This document shows, one piece after another, positions 23,281 to 32,785 of a stretch of 64,000 nucleotides of DNA. The stretch lies in assembly GCA_000002435.2 (NCBI GenBank), contig CM018791.1; one strand, 5' to 3'. Origin of the DNA: Giardia intestinalis (taxonomy: Eukaryota). The translations under genes and the position numbers were made by a program. The stretch's first letter is position 1, and each line of letters starts with the position of its first letter. The notes beneath the pieces are model-generated. The model was not told the DNA's origin. It saw nothing but the letters and a program-made list of their open reading frames with translations, and did no database searches.

Positions 23281-24234
23281 CTAGGGGCTAGATGTTCTAC
23301 GTTCTGTAGAAAGATTCCTACGAAGCATCTTGGCGCCTATGAATGCGTTGACTTCGTCAACCAGGTCTAGGGGGACCTCCATAGAGACTGTCGGGACCCC
23401 GTAGTGCCTCTTGCATGTCACGCCCCCAACTCGATTTTGGAGGTTACAATTTCCGGCCATAACTCTCAGGATGCTCGAGATGGGGAGTGCACCGGCCTTG
23501 TAGAGGGCGGTTGCACGCTCAATAACAGGGAATGAGTACGGTCTAAAGTACTGTGTCCCACAAACCCGCTTCAGGTCCACTAATGCATCGTCGAAGGCCT
23601 GGGGCCTTTCTGCCGTGGCGTCGATGACCGTGGCAGCACAGCCCAGGAGCTGGGCTCGCTGGTCCGGCATGAGGCGATCGTAGGACTCGACCAAGCTTGA
23701 AGCTCCTGGTCCAATGGAGTGCTTCGACTCACCAAACATGGGAGAGACGGTCTTCAGCTGTTGGGACCCTGTGGGCGTCGAGGTACAGACGGGTCCAATG
23801 CTTGAAGCCGTGATTATAGAGGCTCGGGTATACTTACGCTTGAGTCTAATGATGTTGTCTAAAAAGAAGAGCTCCTCAAAAGTAACTTTGGTGCGGAGCT
23901 GGCTGCACTGGGCCTTGGTATATCGGACCACGACAAGATTATGCAATTCCACGGGAATCACGTCCCCGTTGCCCATGTACTGCTGCAAGGTCTTCGTGTC
24001 AGAGATGAACTCATCTGGGAAAAGGGTCTGGAGGCTTATTCGAAAAAACTGAGATCGTAGAAAGCCAACGCGGGTATGCTCCGAGATAGCCATCTGCAGA
24101 TTTGATATGGTGGTAAAGTGCTCTGGCCGTAGTTCGATATCTGCTTGGGCGCTCACCTTGTAGATCGGCTGGTCGATTGTGGTCTTGTTGTTGAGCGAAT
24201 ATATGGAGATATGAATGGTTGCTTTGTCGCTCAT
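23281..24234 (-). CDS. Hypothetical protein (317 aa)
   Basis: A clean ATG-initiated ORF that fits between its neighbours. No family was recognised. Confidence 0.55.
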   Translation of the reverse strand: MSDKATIHISIYSLNNKTTIDQPIYKVSAQADIELRPEHFTTISNLQMAISEHTRVGFLRSQFFRISLQTLFPDEFISDTKTLQQYMGNGDVIPVELHNLVVVRYTKAQCSQLRTKVTFEELFFLDNIIRLKRKYTRASIITASSIGPVCTSTPTGSQQLKTVSPMFGESKHSIGPGASSLVESYDRLMPDQRAQLLGCAATVIDATAERPQAFDDALVDLKRVCGTQYFRPYSFPVIERATALYKAGALPISSILRVMAGNCNLQNRVGGVTCKRHYGVPTVSMEVPLDLVDEVNAFIGAKMLRRNLSTERRTSSP

Positions 24235-24358
24235 TCTATTTCAAATTAGATTTGCGGCTTCATCTGCAGACCATTTTGTGTGAATTATGCAATTTTAAGA
24301 TAACTTTTCACAACGGCCCCAGTTTCTCAATTTTGGCACTTGTAGAAGTCACCAGACC

Positions 24359-25765
24359 ATGCCGCCTAAGACAGGAACCAAGGGGAAGAAAGGTTCGAAG
24401 GCGAAGAAGGCCAGGCCTACCGATGACATGACCGTCGATCTAACCGGAAAGATTGAGGAGCTGGAGAAACAGGTCACCGCCTTGACAGCAGAGCTCCAGC
24501 AGGAACGCGAAAGCAGAAACTACTTCCAGCTTGAAAAGGACAAAATCTTCACTCTGTACGAAGTTTCCGCTGCACAGCTCGAGGAGGCACGCGCTAATCT
24601 CCGCACCAAGGACCGAGAGCTCGAGGAGCTGGTTGAGAATCATCAGGTCACAGTCAAAACATACCAACAGAAGATCAAGTCAATCCTCTACACAAACACT
24701 AACGAAGCAACTCAGCTTAAGGTCTCGTCAGAACAGGCGCTGCGAGCAGAGGAGGACTTTCACCGCGCTCGCGAGGCAGAGCTCCTTCGTGAGGTCGATG
24801 CCCTGAAGCTGCGCATAAAAGAGGCGTCCCTCAACTCGCAGGATATGCTGCGCCAGTCCAAGGATCAACACAGCCGCTCCAGCTCGTTGCTTCGAGAGCA
24901 GTACGAGCAGCAGCTTTGGTCCATGCAGAAGGACTTTGAACAGAAGCTGCGCAACGCCCTTCAAGAATCGGAAGTGCGCCGCAAAGCAGAGGTCTTGGAG
25001 GTGGAGACAAACAAGAATTCCCAGATTGACGAGCTTATCCTTCAGCATGAGCGGAACTTCCAGAAGATGAAGACCTACTACACGGGTATAATTACCTCCA
25101 ACCTTGATCTAATCAAGTCCCTCAAAGACGAGCTCGAAGACATGAAGAAGCGCCAGGTTGCCAACGAGCAGCTGATGTTTGAAATTGCCCAGGAGAACAG
25201 ACGGTTAACGCAGCCTCTTCAGAATGCGCTCGCCGAAGTTGAGGTTCTCCGTAAGAAACTGGAGGGCGCCGAGAAGGAGAACGCGGCCCTACAGCGATCA
25301 CATAGTCGCGCAGAGGCGTTACAGAAGGAGCTCAAAGCACTCATGTGGGAGGCTGACCAGCTGAAGCAAGCTCTCAAGGACACGAGCTTTGAGAGGGACG
25401 ACCTTAGAATGCGGTTCGAGGCTGCGGTCCAGGATGTGGCGCAGCGGGGAGTCTTCCGCGAGACACTACTCGAGAGGCGAGTAGCTGCCCTGAACAACGA
25501 ATTAGAATCGAGACAGGCCCAGCTCACCGAAGTCCTTGCAGCGGCTAATCTAGATGGTGCGGTGGCAGCCGCCGTTAGCAACCAGCTTGACTCTGTCCTT
25601 GAGAATAAGAACCGCAATATCCGCGAGCTTTCATTCGAGCTTGCACGCGTTATGCGGCTCTACAACGAAGCAATCCGAGTATTCCGGACAAAGCTGAACG
25701 AAGCCGGTCTTCCAGTTGGCGATCTGGACGGCTTTCGGCCCTTCGAAGTCCGGGAAGACCTGTAG
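24359..25765 (+). CDS. GAS8: GAS8/GAS11 = dynein regulatory complex subunit 4 (DRC4), axonemal
   Basis: The N-terminus (MPPKTGTKGKKGSKAKK) and the blocks RNYFQLEKDKI, HQV..K.YQQKIK, NRRLTQPLQ and VFRETLLERRV.AL resemble human GAS8 (MAPKKKGKKGK..., RNYFQLERDKI, HQVEIKVYKQKVK, NKRLADPLQ, GFKNLVLERKLQAL). Confidence 0.8.
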   Translation: MPPKTGTKGKKGSKAKKARPTDDMTVDLTGKIEELEKQVTALTAELQQERESRNYFQLEKDKIFTLYEVSAAQLEEARANLRTKDRELEELVENHQVTVKTYQQKIKSILYTNTNEATQLKVSSEQALRAEEDFHRAREAELLREVDALKLRIKEASLNSQDMLRQSKDQHSRSSSLLREQYEQQLWSMQKDFEQKLRNALQESEVRRKAEVLEVETNKNSQIDELILQHERNFQKMKTYYTGIITSNLDLIKSLKDELEDMKKRQVANEQLMFEIAQENRRLTQPLQNALAEVEVLRKKLEGAEKENAALQRSHSRAEALQKELKALMWEADQLKQALKDTSFERDDLRMRFEAAVQDVAQRGVFRETLLERRVAALNNELESRQAQLTEVLAAANLDGAVAAAVSNQLDSVLENKNRNIRELSFELARVMRLYNEAIRVFRTKLNEAGLPVGDLDGFRPFEVREDL

Positions 25766-25802
25766 AGCAATCCGTAGACAAATCTTGTTTTACATACAAG
25801 AT

Positions 25803-26474
25803 TTACTCGTCTGCAGTGCTACTCTTCTCTTTCTGTTTCTGAAGATAGGCATTATAGGCGGCTAGGTGCTCTGCATATATTTTTGGACGATTGACGTTGC
25901 GGTAGTACAACAGGCAGTGGACGAAGTAAAGCAGCGGGAAGAGAGAATAATACATCAGGGAGAACTGGGTCCAGAAGCCCCTTTCCATAGTGTAAGGAGG
26001 CAGGCTATGGATGTGGTGTATAAGTACAGGAAGCTCGCCGCAGAGAGACGTTACAGGGTAGAACCACATGGGGGTACAATAGCGTACCCATGCTATAATC
26101 CTTGAAGATGTACCGACGTCGATCTTATCAGCTGCATGCGTTGACTTCAGCACGTCTCCCAGCCCATATAAAATGCCGAGCACTAGCGTGAATACTGAGT
26201 ACTCCGGTCTGACGACGGAAAGCAGAATAGGGACTCTGCCGCACATTGAAGCCACGACGACAAGTGTAGGGTCAATTCTCTGAGATGTAAACGACAGAAT
26301 CAGTTCAAAAATCGGCAGGGCCAACTGCATTTTGAGGAAGATGTAGTAAGGAAGAAATAGCTTGTCCTTGTCGGGTTGGGGGGAATTCATCGTAAACAAG
26401 AGCACCGTAGAAAGGAAGATGTTTACGCAGCCTGTGATGAAGCCAGAGTAGTAGTAGGCGAGGCGCAGGCCCAT
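25803..26474 (-). CDS. Small multi-pass membrane protein (223 aa), function unknown
   Basis: About 6-7 hydrophobic helices. Its ATG overlaps the TGA of the upstream glucosyltransferase gene by 1 nt (TGATG at 26472-26476). Confidence 0.5.
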   Translation of the reverse strand: MGLRLAYYYSGFITGCVNIFLSTVLLFTMNSPQPDKDKLFLPYYIFLKMQLALPIFELILSFTSQRIDPTLVVVASMCGRVPILLSVVRPEYSVFTLVLGILYGLGDVLKSTHAADKIDVGTSSRIIAWVRYCTPMWFYPVTSLCGELPVLIHHIHSLPPYTMERGFWTQFSLMYYSLFPLLYFVHCLLYYRNVNRPKIYAEHLAAYNAYLQKQKEKSSTADE

Positions 26475-28087
26475 CAGTCGAGGGATTTTTTATTGGCCTG
26501 TATGCGCTCCTTTACCACAGGCACTTTGTCGGTGGCAAGGACCTCTTCTGCATTTGCCTTTTCTTTGGCAGACCTCAGGGCTGAACTCGTCAGTTCTACA
26601 GAAGCCACCCTCCCTTCACTACACACGTATGTCCGTGACCCCCAACGGATCTGTCTCTTAAACATAACGCTAATTATCAGGATGGGCATTGCAAAGCAAT
26701 GGACTAGAATTGCAATGGCAGTTGTTCCGATCCTGATGCTAGGCTTGGTCTGCAGCTTTTCGGGAGATTGCACGTTACATAGTCGCACAAGAAGAGAAAA
26801 ACACGTATTGTGCGCAGCTGCTAATAGCGCCAGAGTGACTACTAGAGCGTTGACTTGGAAGAGTTGGCCTTTGAGGATGATTGCTCCGAGCTCTGTGGAA
26901 AGACCTAGACTGTCCTTGACATGGAAAAGGAAGGAGTAGACCCTGTCCACAACCTCTATGCTTCGAAAGAAGATCAAGGAACGCAGTAGACCCAACAGGC
27001 TTAGTTTGGAAATACAGCAAATGCCCCGTACTACTGCCAAGATAACCATCGAATCAACGCTAAGAAAGGCTCCTAGTGCTGCTATCAAAAGTAGCCTGTT
27101 TGCGATCTTCTCATAGTGGGTGTGGTAGGTTTTCAAGACAAACAGCTGTCTGCGCAGATACGGAATATAGGACTTTGCAATGCTGTTAGATGCATGCAGC
27201 TCATTTACGAGAACAGCATCTCTTGGACATATGATTGACCTTCCCTGCTGATGCGCTATGTGGGAAAGTATTGTGTCCTCTGAATAGCCGCCATCCACCC
27301 AAGCAGAGTACGGAGAGGGGCTCCCCTCGTAGATGGCTTGTCGCGGCATACAGAAGCATCCACCCCAGCAAAAAGGGACGCGCGTGAACGAAAAGGAGAT
27401 CATGTTGATCATCCGGTAGACCATTATGAGCTGGTTGGCGAAGGGTGGTAGCTCCTTTTGGGCTCTTGTGGCTTGGGCTACTGGGACCTCAACGCTATAT
27501 CCTGTAGAAACCAACGCGTGCGGATTGGCGCGGAGGGCAAACACAAGGCTGTCCAATGTTCCCCGGTGCACTTTGATATCGTCGTCTAGAAACGCAACAA
27601 AGTCCGCTGTGCAGTCGCGTAGCGCAAAGAGCATATTATGAATCTTCTGTGAGCTTCGAGAAGTCACTCCTGCCACCGCCAAGCGAACGCTACGATGAGG
27701 AGACGTCTCTAGCATGACGTCCTTCTCTAAATAGCTAGGATCTTGAGATAGCGCCGCCTTTCCCGCCTCTTCCAGCCCGTGGACCTGACTCAGGTATCTA
27801 CATATTGTCATGAACGCAGGATCATCTAAAGACTCAACAACGTACACAAAGCTTACCGGTCCAGAGTAGGTCGTATTGAGCTGTGAGTTCCATCGTTCAC
27901 AAATTCTTGCAAAGCTATAGCTGCCGTGGCAGGGCAGAACGACAGCAAGGGAAGGCATGGGCGCATCAGTTTTCTCGGTAACCCTTGGACGATTCTTGAG
28001 TTCACTTATGCGGTTGACAGCTAGCATCCCCCAACATCCGGCAAGTGTCGACGCAGCTGTCACTAAGGAGAGAGTCAACCCGTCCAT
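26474..28087 (-). CDS. Ceramide glucosyltransferase (glucosylceramide synthase, GT21; Giardia gGlcT1-like)
   Basis: Several blocks align with human UGCG. VVLPCHG...[19 protein letters not shown] aligns with LKPLKGV...[41 protein letters not shown] aligns with [33 protein letters not shown] aligns with [20 protein letters not shown] aligns with IAEDYFMAK. There is an R/Q-x-x-R-W-type motif and C-terminal membrane helices. Confidence 0.7.
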   Translation of the reverse strand: [537 protein letters not shown]

Positions 28088-28218
28088 TTAATTTCTCGAT
28101 AACATCTTAGAGCCTTCACTGCAGACGTTTACACTTCAGTACCTAGTTACAGTTGACATGAAGGTCCGCAGAAAGCTGATGTCGTGACACACCACATGGT
28201 GAGGAGCTTATTGTTATG

Positions 28219-30948
28219 TCACATTTCCGGCGGCTTGGCCTTAGAAGTACTCAGAGTGAGGTCTGGGCGGGGAATGGTCACGGTAGACCCTTGAAAAGAC
28301 AATTGGGGCGTGACGGGTGCCGATGTAGCGTGACTAGAAGGCCATAATGATAATGACGTGTGCGCTGGCTCTGAAGGGGGAGAAAGCCGGAAAGGCGCTG
28401 TAGCTTTCGAGATTGTTAGGCGTTGCACCGGTGGAGGCTCTGGCATGACGGTCTGTGGAACAGGGTTATGGGGCTTTGGTTGCTCTGGGGGCTTATGCAG
28501 CTTGCTAGAGATCTGACGAATCTGCTGCTCACAAGCCGTGATGCGCCCAATCAACTCTTGCAATGTACGGTCGTCACTCGCAGCATTGTGCTGTTGAAAT
28601 GCACTAGACTGTTTCGGCTCAATTGATACCTTTGTCTGTTGACACTTTTTGATACAGCTAGCGATAGACTCCTTTATCATAGTGACAGTTCTGCTCTCAA
28701 CCAGTGCCATCATTTCCTTTATTCTTTCATTCATGCGGAAGGCGAACTCGCGTTCAAAGGTATGAAGCATTCTGGCAGTAACGAGCGTTGTCTCTCTAAA
28801 CACAACGCTGTGAATATACTGAATAAGAAGACTCTGCGTGCTGACACCATCTGGAAGCTCTGGGATGATGTTTTCCTGTGTCTCTCTCGGGACCATGGCG
28901 CAAATTTCATCCAATGTATGCAGCAGTGGAGGAACGGTGTCAGGCTCTTGGGCGGCGGGAGGTGTGTCTTCCGTGAGCGATAGATTTTCATATCGACAGT
29001 GAAAGTCTTTAGAAAGTAAGGCTTCCATAGTTCGCATCGCCGCCTCCACCCTCGACGACTTTTGCTCTTTCTTAAGAGTAGTGATTAATCTTGTCGCCAG
29101 TTCCTCCACTGTTTTCCCTATTTTATCCAGTTTTACACTAATATCGTGTAGCCTGGACGCTGTTTTAACCTCTAGAGGAACTTTTGGAGCAAGAAGGTCG
29201 GAAATACAACTTAATCCCGCCGCCATCTCCTTCTGGATGTTCTTCTCTATGCGCTCGGCCACGTTCAAGGGGAATGCTGGAGCCGCCGAGACCTGCTGGT
29301 GCTGCTGCCCTGGGGTGCCTTGTTTGCTATGTGGGTGAATGGAAACAGTATTCGAGGACCCCGGAGGGCGCAACTTTAGAGATACTACTTCGCACAAAGC
29401 GGGGTCGCTCTTGCACGAAGGTAGCAGCGCCTCCTTGGCCTGACTTAGCGTGGGTGAGGATGTGTCACCATGAGCTGGCAATTGGCCAGCTTCGTCCAAA
29501 GCAACAGAGAGTACATCAATGACATCAATAGGATCGGGCTTAGGTGATGGGACGCTCTGCTTCATGAGGAGTGAAGTGTTCAGATTAACTGATAGCGTAG
29601 AGACCTTGGGTGGCCCAATGGTGGTGGAAAATAAATTTTCCACAGGAATCGCGGCATTTCCTGTTGCTAGCCTATCGAATGTCATTATGCTTTGGTTTGG
29701 TCTGGTAGGAATGCTTGTCTCCATGAGAAGCTGCACAGTTGATACACTCTGCGGGCTGACCATTGCAAGCGTACACTTGTTCATATTATAGTTAGGATGA
29801 AAAAGCACTAGTGCAGCTGAGTCTTGAAGGCCAGAGGGGTAGGGCTTCTCCTGGAAAGAGTATCTCTTGTTGCGTGAGAAATCGATCAACGAATTGTCAT
29901 ACTCGTTGAAGAATAGCTTGTTTTCTATTCCATTCTTCAAGATTCGGAAGTTCCCAGCAGAAAGCTTCATGGTCGAGGTGTCTATGGCATGCTTGGACTG
30001 AGTTTTGAGTGGCTCAACAGTTGATACGTTGAGCGCAAAGCTGAGGACGTGACGCTGCTTGATGTCATGAATAAAGATGCGTACGCTGTGCTCCTCCAGG
30101 GGACCCAAATCGTTCCCTAGGCTGGAAGAAGAGACCGAAACAGCATCAGACGGCGCTGTAGGTCCTTCTACCGCCACACCCACTATGTCGAATGCTAGCA
30201 TATTAAAAGGAAGCTCAAAGGAACACAATAGGCCACTGTGCAGTTCGTCAACAAAGGGCTCAATCTTGCACTTCATCTTCGAATTAGTGGGAAGAGCGGG
30301 AGACCTGAAGGGCTTGCTCTTAGCACGCGTGCGATAATACACCGTGTTGTGTTGAATAGTGACAACATGCAAGACAATCAGCACATCTGTCAGTGAAATG
30401 CAGATGTCTGTCACCCCCTTTTGTACGGTAGAATAGGAACTAACTATCTTGCACTTTGGTGTCGTGGCAGAGTCAGCGCTAAAGCTATAGGGGGAGCCTG
30501 TGGTGGGACTGTGTCTTTGGTAGAGGAGCATGCCGGTAGTGTCGTACACCTTGAGAAGAAAGCCGTCTGACTCGCTTTCCAAGGCAGCAAAGAGGTGAGG
30601 GGATAGCGCCTCAATGTGTGTGCATGCACCATCTAGGTTCAGGAGGTGTACGCCGGCATCGGAATAAATAGCAAGGCTGTCCATGGTACGGAGAACGTAG
30701 ACGTTTCCAACTATAATGACTTGCTTTATGTTGGGAGTGTAGAGACAAAGGGTGGAGGCCTGTTCCATCTTCAGGCCCTTTCCATAAACGACGTTGTTGT
30801 TAATCATGCCTGTGAATAACAGACTAAAGGACGAGGTTATCTCGTAGTACACATTAACGAGCGACCTAGCAGAGAGCTGCTGAGGCTTCTGCAAGCGAAC
30901 AATTCTGGAGGGTGTTTCTATCTCTGAATCGGAAGAGGACTGATACAT
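28219..30948 (-). CDS. Large hypothetical protein (909 aa)
   Basis: ATG at 30946-30948 with an AT-rich upstream stretch. Long uninterrupted ORF. The N-terminal region may be beta-propeller-like and the C-terminal region helical, but no family was recognised. Confidence 0.6.
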   Translation of the reverse strand: MYQSSSDSEIETPSRIVRLQKPQQLSARSLVNVYYEITSSFSLLFTGMINNNVVYGKGLKMEQASTLCLYTPNIKQVIIVGNVYVLRTMDSLAIYSDAGVHLLNLDGACTHIEALSPHLFAALESESDGFLLKVYDTTGMLLYQRHSPTTGSPYSFSADSATTPKCKIVSSYSTVQKGVTDICISLTDVLIVLHVVTIQHNTVYYRTRAKSKPFRSPALPTNSKMKCKIEPFVDELHSGLLCSFELPFNMLAFDIVGVAVEGPTAPSDAVSVSSSSLGNDLGPLEEHSVRIFIHDIKQRHVLSFALNVSTVEPLKTQSKHAIDTSTMKLSAGNFRILKNGIENKLFFNEYDNSLIDFSRNKRYSFQEKPYPSGLQDSAALVLFHPNYNMNKCTLAMVSPQSVSTVQLLMETSIPTRPNQSIMTFDRLATGNAAIPVENLFSTTIGPPKVSTLSVNLNTSLLMKQSVPSPKPDPIDVIDVLSVALDEAGQLPAHGDTSSPTLSQAKEALLPSCKSDPALCEVVSLKLRPPGSSNTVSIHPHSKQGTPGQQHQQVSAAPAFPLNVAERIEKNIQKEMAAGLSCISDLLAPKVPLEVKTASRLHDISVKLDKIGKTVEELATRLITTLKKEQKSSRVEAAMRTMEALLSKDFHCRYENLSLTEDTPPAAQEPDTVPPLLHTLDEICAMVPRETQENIIPELPDGVSTQSLLIQYIHSVVFRETTLVTARMLHTFEREFAFRMNERIKEMMALVESRTVTMIKESIASCIKKCQQTKVSIEPKQSSAFQQHNAASDDRTLQELIGRITACEQQIRQISSKLHKPPEQPKPHNPVPQTVMPEPPPVQRLTISKATAPFRLSPPSEPAHTSLSLWPSSHATSAPVTPQLSFQGSTVTIPRPDLTLSTSKAKPPEM

Positions 30949-31094
30949 TTTTTAGATTGGTATGTTTGCATATTCACCGCAGTGGTTGCAGAAATACGAG
31001 CTTGCAGGTGCAGGAGCTAGACCTCTGGTATCCTGGTTATAGGCTTGTGACAAGTTCGTGAACACGTCGGTAAAAACCAAAAGGGGAATCTTCC

Positions 31095-32633
31095 ATGACC
31101 AGTCAAGCCGGCGATTCCTCTGTAGTGGATGCTGACCTCGTCGATAGATGCTTTGCGCAGCCAGGCACTATATCATACCAAGTACTAGATGCAATCAACG
31201 CACGCTTGAATGTCTTGTATCATATTTTAGTTCCAACCGAGGACAGCATCACCTGCAGGTATCAAATCATCAAGTATATCCGAGACAAATTGCATAGTCT
31301 ATTCCCAGAACTCCAGCTCATTCCCTATGGGTCCTTTGTTACGCGGATCTTCCTGCCTGATGGAGACATAGATCTTGCCATCATTGTCGGAGAGGACGAC
31401 GCGGCTGACGTGCTTGCACAGTTCTATATCTATCTCAAAGAAGTAGCTGCGTCTCACGAAGATACACCTTTCAAGCTGACCAACCTATCTAAGATTCAAG
31501 CAGAAGTACCGATCATACGCCTTGTAATCAACGGCGTTTTCATCGACATTTCATCTGCACGGCCCGTTGGTCTCGTTACGTCTCTTTATCTCCAGCTTTT
31601 GAACGACGCCATTGGCCGCAACAACCTACTGAAACGGTCTGTCATCCTTATTCAGGCCTGGTGTCTCTATGAAGCGCACATCCTGGGCAGCCACTCGCAA
31701 ATGCTTAACTCGTATGCCCTCCGTGTAATGACAACGTTTATTCTCACCAACTCACCAGAGCTGGTACATCCTCTTCAAGTTCTGTTCAAGTTCTTTGCAT
31801 TCTACAGTGCCTTTGACTTCACAAACAACACCATCACAGCCTTCGGGGTCGTACCAAACTCAGAGGTTGATGGCAGTGACCACCGGGCGCTTTACGACTA
31901 TCTGCTCAAAAGTGATGGCATGTCGCAACACTACATCAGCAAAGAGTCGTTACTTTTTCTTGTTCTTGCCAGGAACATGCTGGGGAACGTGTATCCAGAG
32001 CTGTCTGGGTGCCTTCGTCGGTTCAAAACTGCCACAAATCCACCTGAGAACATTTCAGAGGACACCTTTTCACACGCTGAGAACGCACGATTGGAGATTC
32101 TTTTTCGCTATATAGAGCACGCCATGCAGCATCGTAGAGAGGCCAAAAAAGCCGCCGACAAGACCAGCGATAAGGCACCGCCCGACGCACTTTCAGACGC
32201 TGTACGAGCGGTCGTCCAATCCCCTATTGCTCTATCTAGAATCATGCCCTTCCCTTCAGCTATCTCCGTGTACCATCCCACAACCATTTCGATACTGGAT
32301 CCAGTCCAACCCTCCAACAATCTTGCCAAGGCCACCAGTGCAGCGTCGTTTGCTCGTCTGAAAGCAGCACTTAGAACAGGCTATTTTCAGTTGGGATCTC
32401 TTATGATGATGCTCTGCGACAAGACTGCGCCCCTGAGCGTGATCCAGACTGAGTTCGACCTTCTCTTTTCCAACACTCTTGCTCACTTTGACGTGGAGCT
32501 AGAGACGGTTCAGAGTCTTTCCACACCCCATAGTTTTGATTTCGCAAGCCCAAATGAGTATCTTCTTAATGTCAGTTCCGGGGCCATCTATCACGAGCTT
32601 CTCAATGTCATGACTCTCTACCTCCTTGGTTAA
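31095..32633 (+). CDS. Cid1/GLD2/Trf4-family nucleotidyltransferase (non-canonical poly(A) polymerase or terminal uridylyltransferase)
   Basis: The Pol-beta NTase signature LIPYGSFVTRIFLPDGDIDLAII (hG[GS]...D.D) is followed by KIQAEVPIIRLVINGVFIDIS, which is PAP/TUTase central-domain-like. Confidence 0.7.
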   Translation: MTSQAGDSSVVDADLVDRCFAQPGTISYQVLDAINARLNVLYHILVPTEDSITCRYQIIKYIRDKLHSLFPELQLIPYGSFVTRIFLPDGDIDLAIIVGEDDAADVLAQFYIYLKEVAASHEDTPFKLTNLSKIQAEVPIIRLVINGVFIDISSARPVGLVTSLYLQLLNDAIGRNNLLKRSVILIQAWCLYEAHILGSHSQMLNSYALRVMTTFILTNSPELVHPLQVLFKFFAFYSAFDFTNNTITAFGVVPNSEVDGSDHRALYDYLLKSDGMSQHYISKESLLFLVLARNMLGNVYPELSGCLRRFKTATNPPENISEDTFSHAENARLEILFRYIEHAMQHRREAKKAADKTSDKAPPDALSDAVRAVVQSPIALSRIMPFPSAISVYHPTTISILDPVQPSNNLAKATSAASFARLKAALRTGYFQLGSLMMMLCDKTAPLSVIQTEFDLLFSNTLAHFDVELETVQSLSTPHSFDFASPNEYLLNVSSGAIYHELLNVMTLYLLG

Positions 32634-32785
32634 GATCACCCCTTGATAGAGACGAATGGAAGCATAACCGTGTGCTGCGTCTCCATTTTATCTTGTATTA
32701 TCTATAAATGTAAATTATAGTGCGTTTCAATCCACAGAGCCCTGTCCCCCAAAATTCCGTTAATCTCAAAAAAAGCTGAACATTG

